DNA from: a virus
Lineage: Duplodnaviria; Caudoviricetes
Direction: 5' to 3' (one strand)
Virus record (IMG/VR): IMGVR_UViG_3300032233_001000
Location: 1 to 25,085 of that record
DNA length: 25,085 nucleotides
In this document: positions 25,006 to 25,085 of the stretch, piece by piece
Layout: each line of letters begins with the position of its first letter
How positions within the stretch are numbered: position 1 is the first letter of the stretch
Notes under the pieces: generated by a model
Databases searched by the model: none
Told to the model about the DNA's origin: nothing
Seen by the model: the letters and a program-made list of their open reading frames with translations, nothing else
Made by a program: the position numbers and the translations under genes

Positions 25006-25085
25006 TATTCCCCAGCTCGGCGGCGATGGCGAGGAGGCAAAGGCGTATTGAGTGCCTGGCAAAGCCCGCATGGGTTTCCGGCACC
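24989..25085 (-). CDS. 3' end of a small hypothetical protein (partial)
   Basis: Frame reads VPETHAGFARHSIRLCLLAIAAELGNNEPNF-stop. The amphipathic LLAIAAEL ending resembles small cyanophage proteins, but an alternative frame ends at TAA 25005-25007. Confidence 0.45.
   Translation of the reverse strand, partial: VPETHAGFARHSIRLCLLAIAAELGNNEPNF

Noticed and set aside
25006-25071. 22-aa N-terminal extension of the exonuclease-domain ORF in the track
   Set aside because: ExoI (FDIET) normally sits a few residues from the start, so ATG 25005 fits better. The extension overlaps an upstream gene.
1-25085. tRNA, CRISPR array, integrase, intron or homing endonuclease
   Set aside because: No cloverleaf, repeat-spacer pattern or matching motifs seen. 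The polymerase break has no intervening sequence, so it is not an intron.

Overview
The window is a 25-kb segment of a T7-like (Autographiviridae) cyanopodovirus, with all genuine genes on the minus strand. Read in transcription order (right to left) it holds: a family A DNA polymerase split across two overlapping frames, a gp6-like exonuclease, DUF3310/gp1.7-like and MazG-like genes, a minimal class I ribonucleotide reductase (alpha and beta), portal and scaffold. An accessory island follows (519-aa beta-rich protein, hli, a 17-aa Lys/Gly micropeptide, an RlpA-like enzyme, a 76-aa basic ORF), then a structured leader, the major capsid gene with three putative decoration genes and a terminator. 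The window ends with tail tubular A, an enlarged tail tubular B, and internal virion proteins (gp13/14/15/16-like), the last running off the left edge. The hli gene and the RNR type point to a cyanobacterial host. The most unusual observations are a nozzle protein carrying an inserted Cys-bracketed helical stalk and a Calx-beta domain, an ejection protein with a degenerate M23 domain plus an RlpA/DPBB domain, a candidate -1 frameshift in the DNA polymerase, and a capsid-accessory cassette flanked by a 14-bp direct repeat. Family assignments come from motif recognition and synteny, not database searches.
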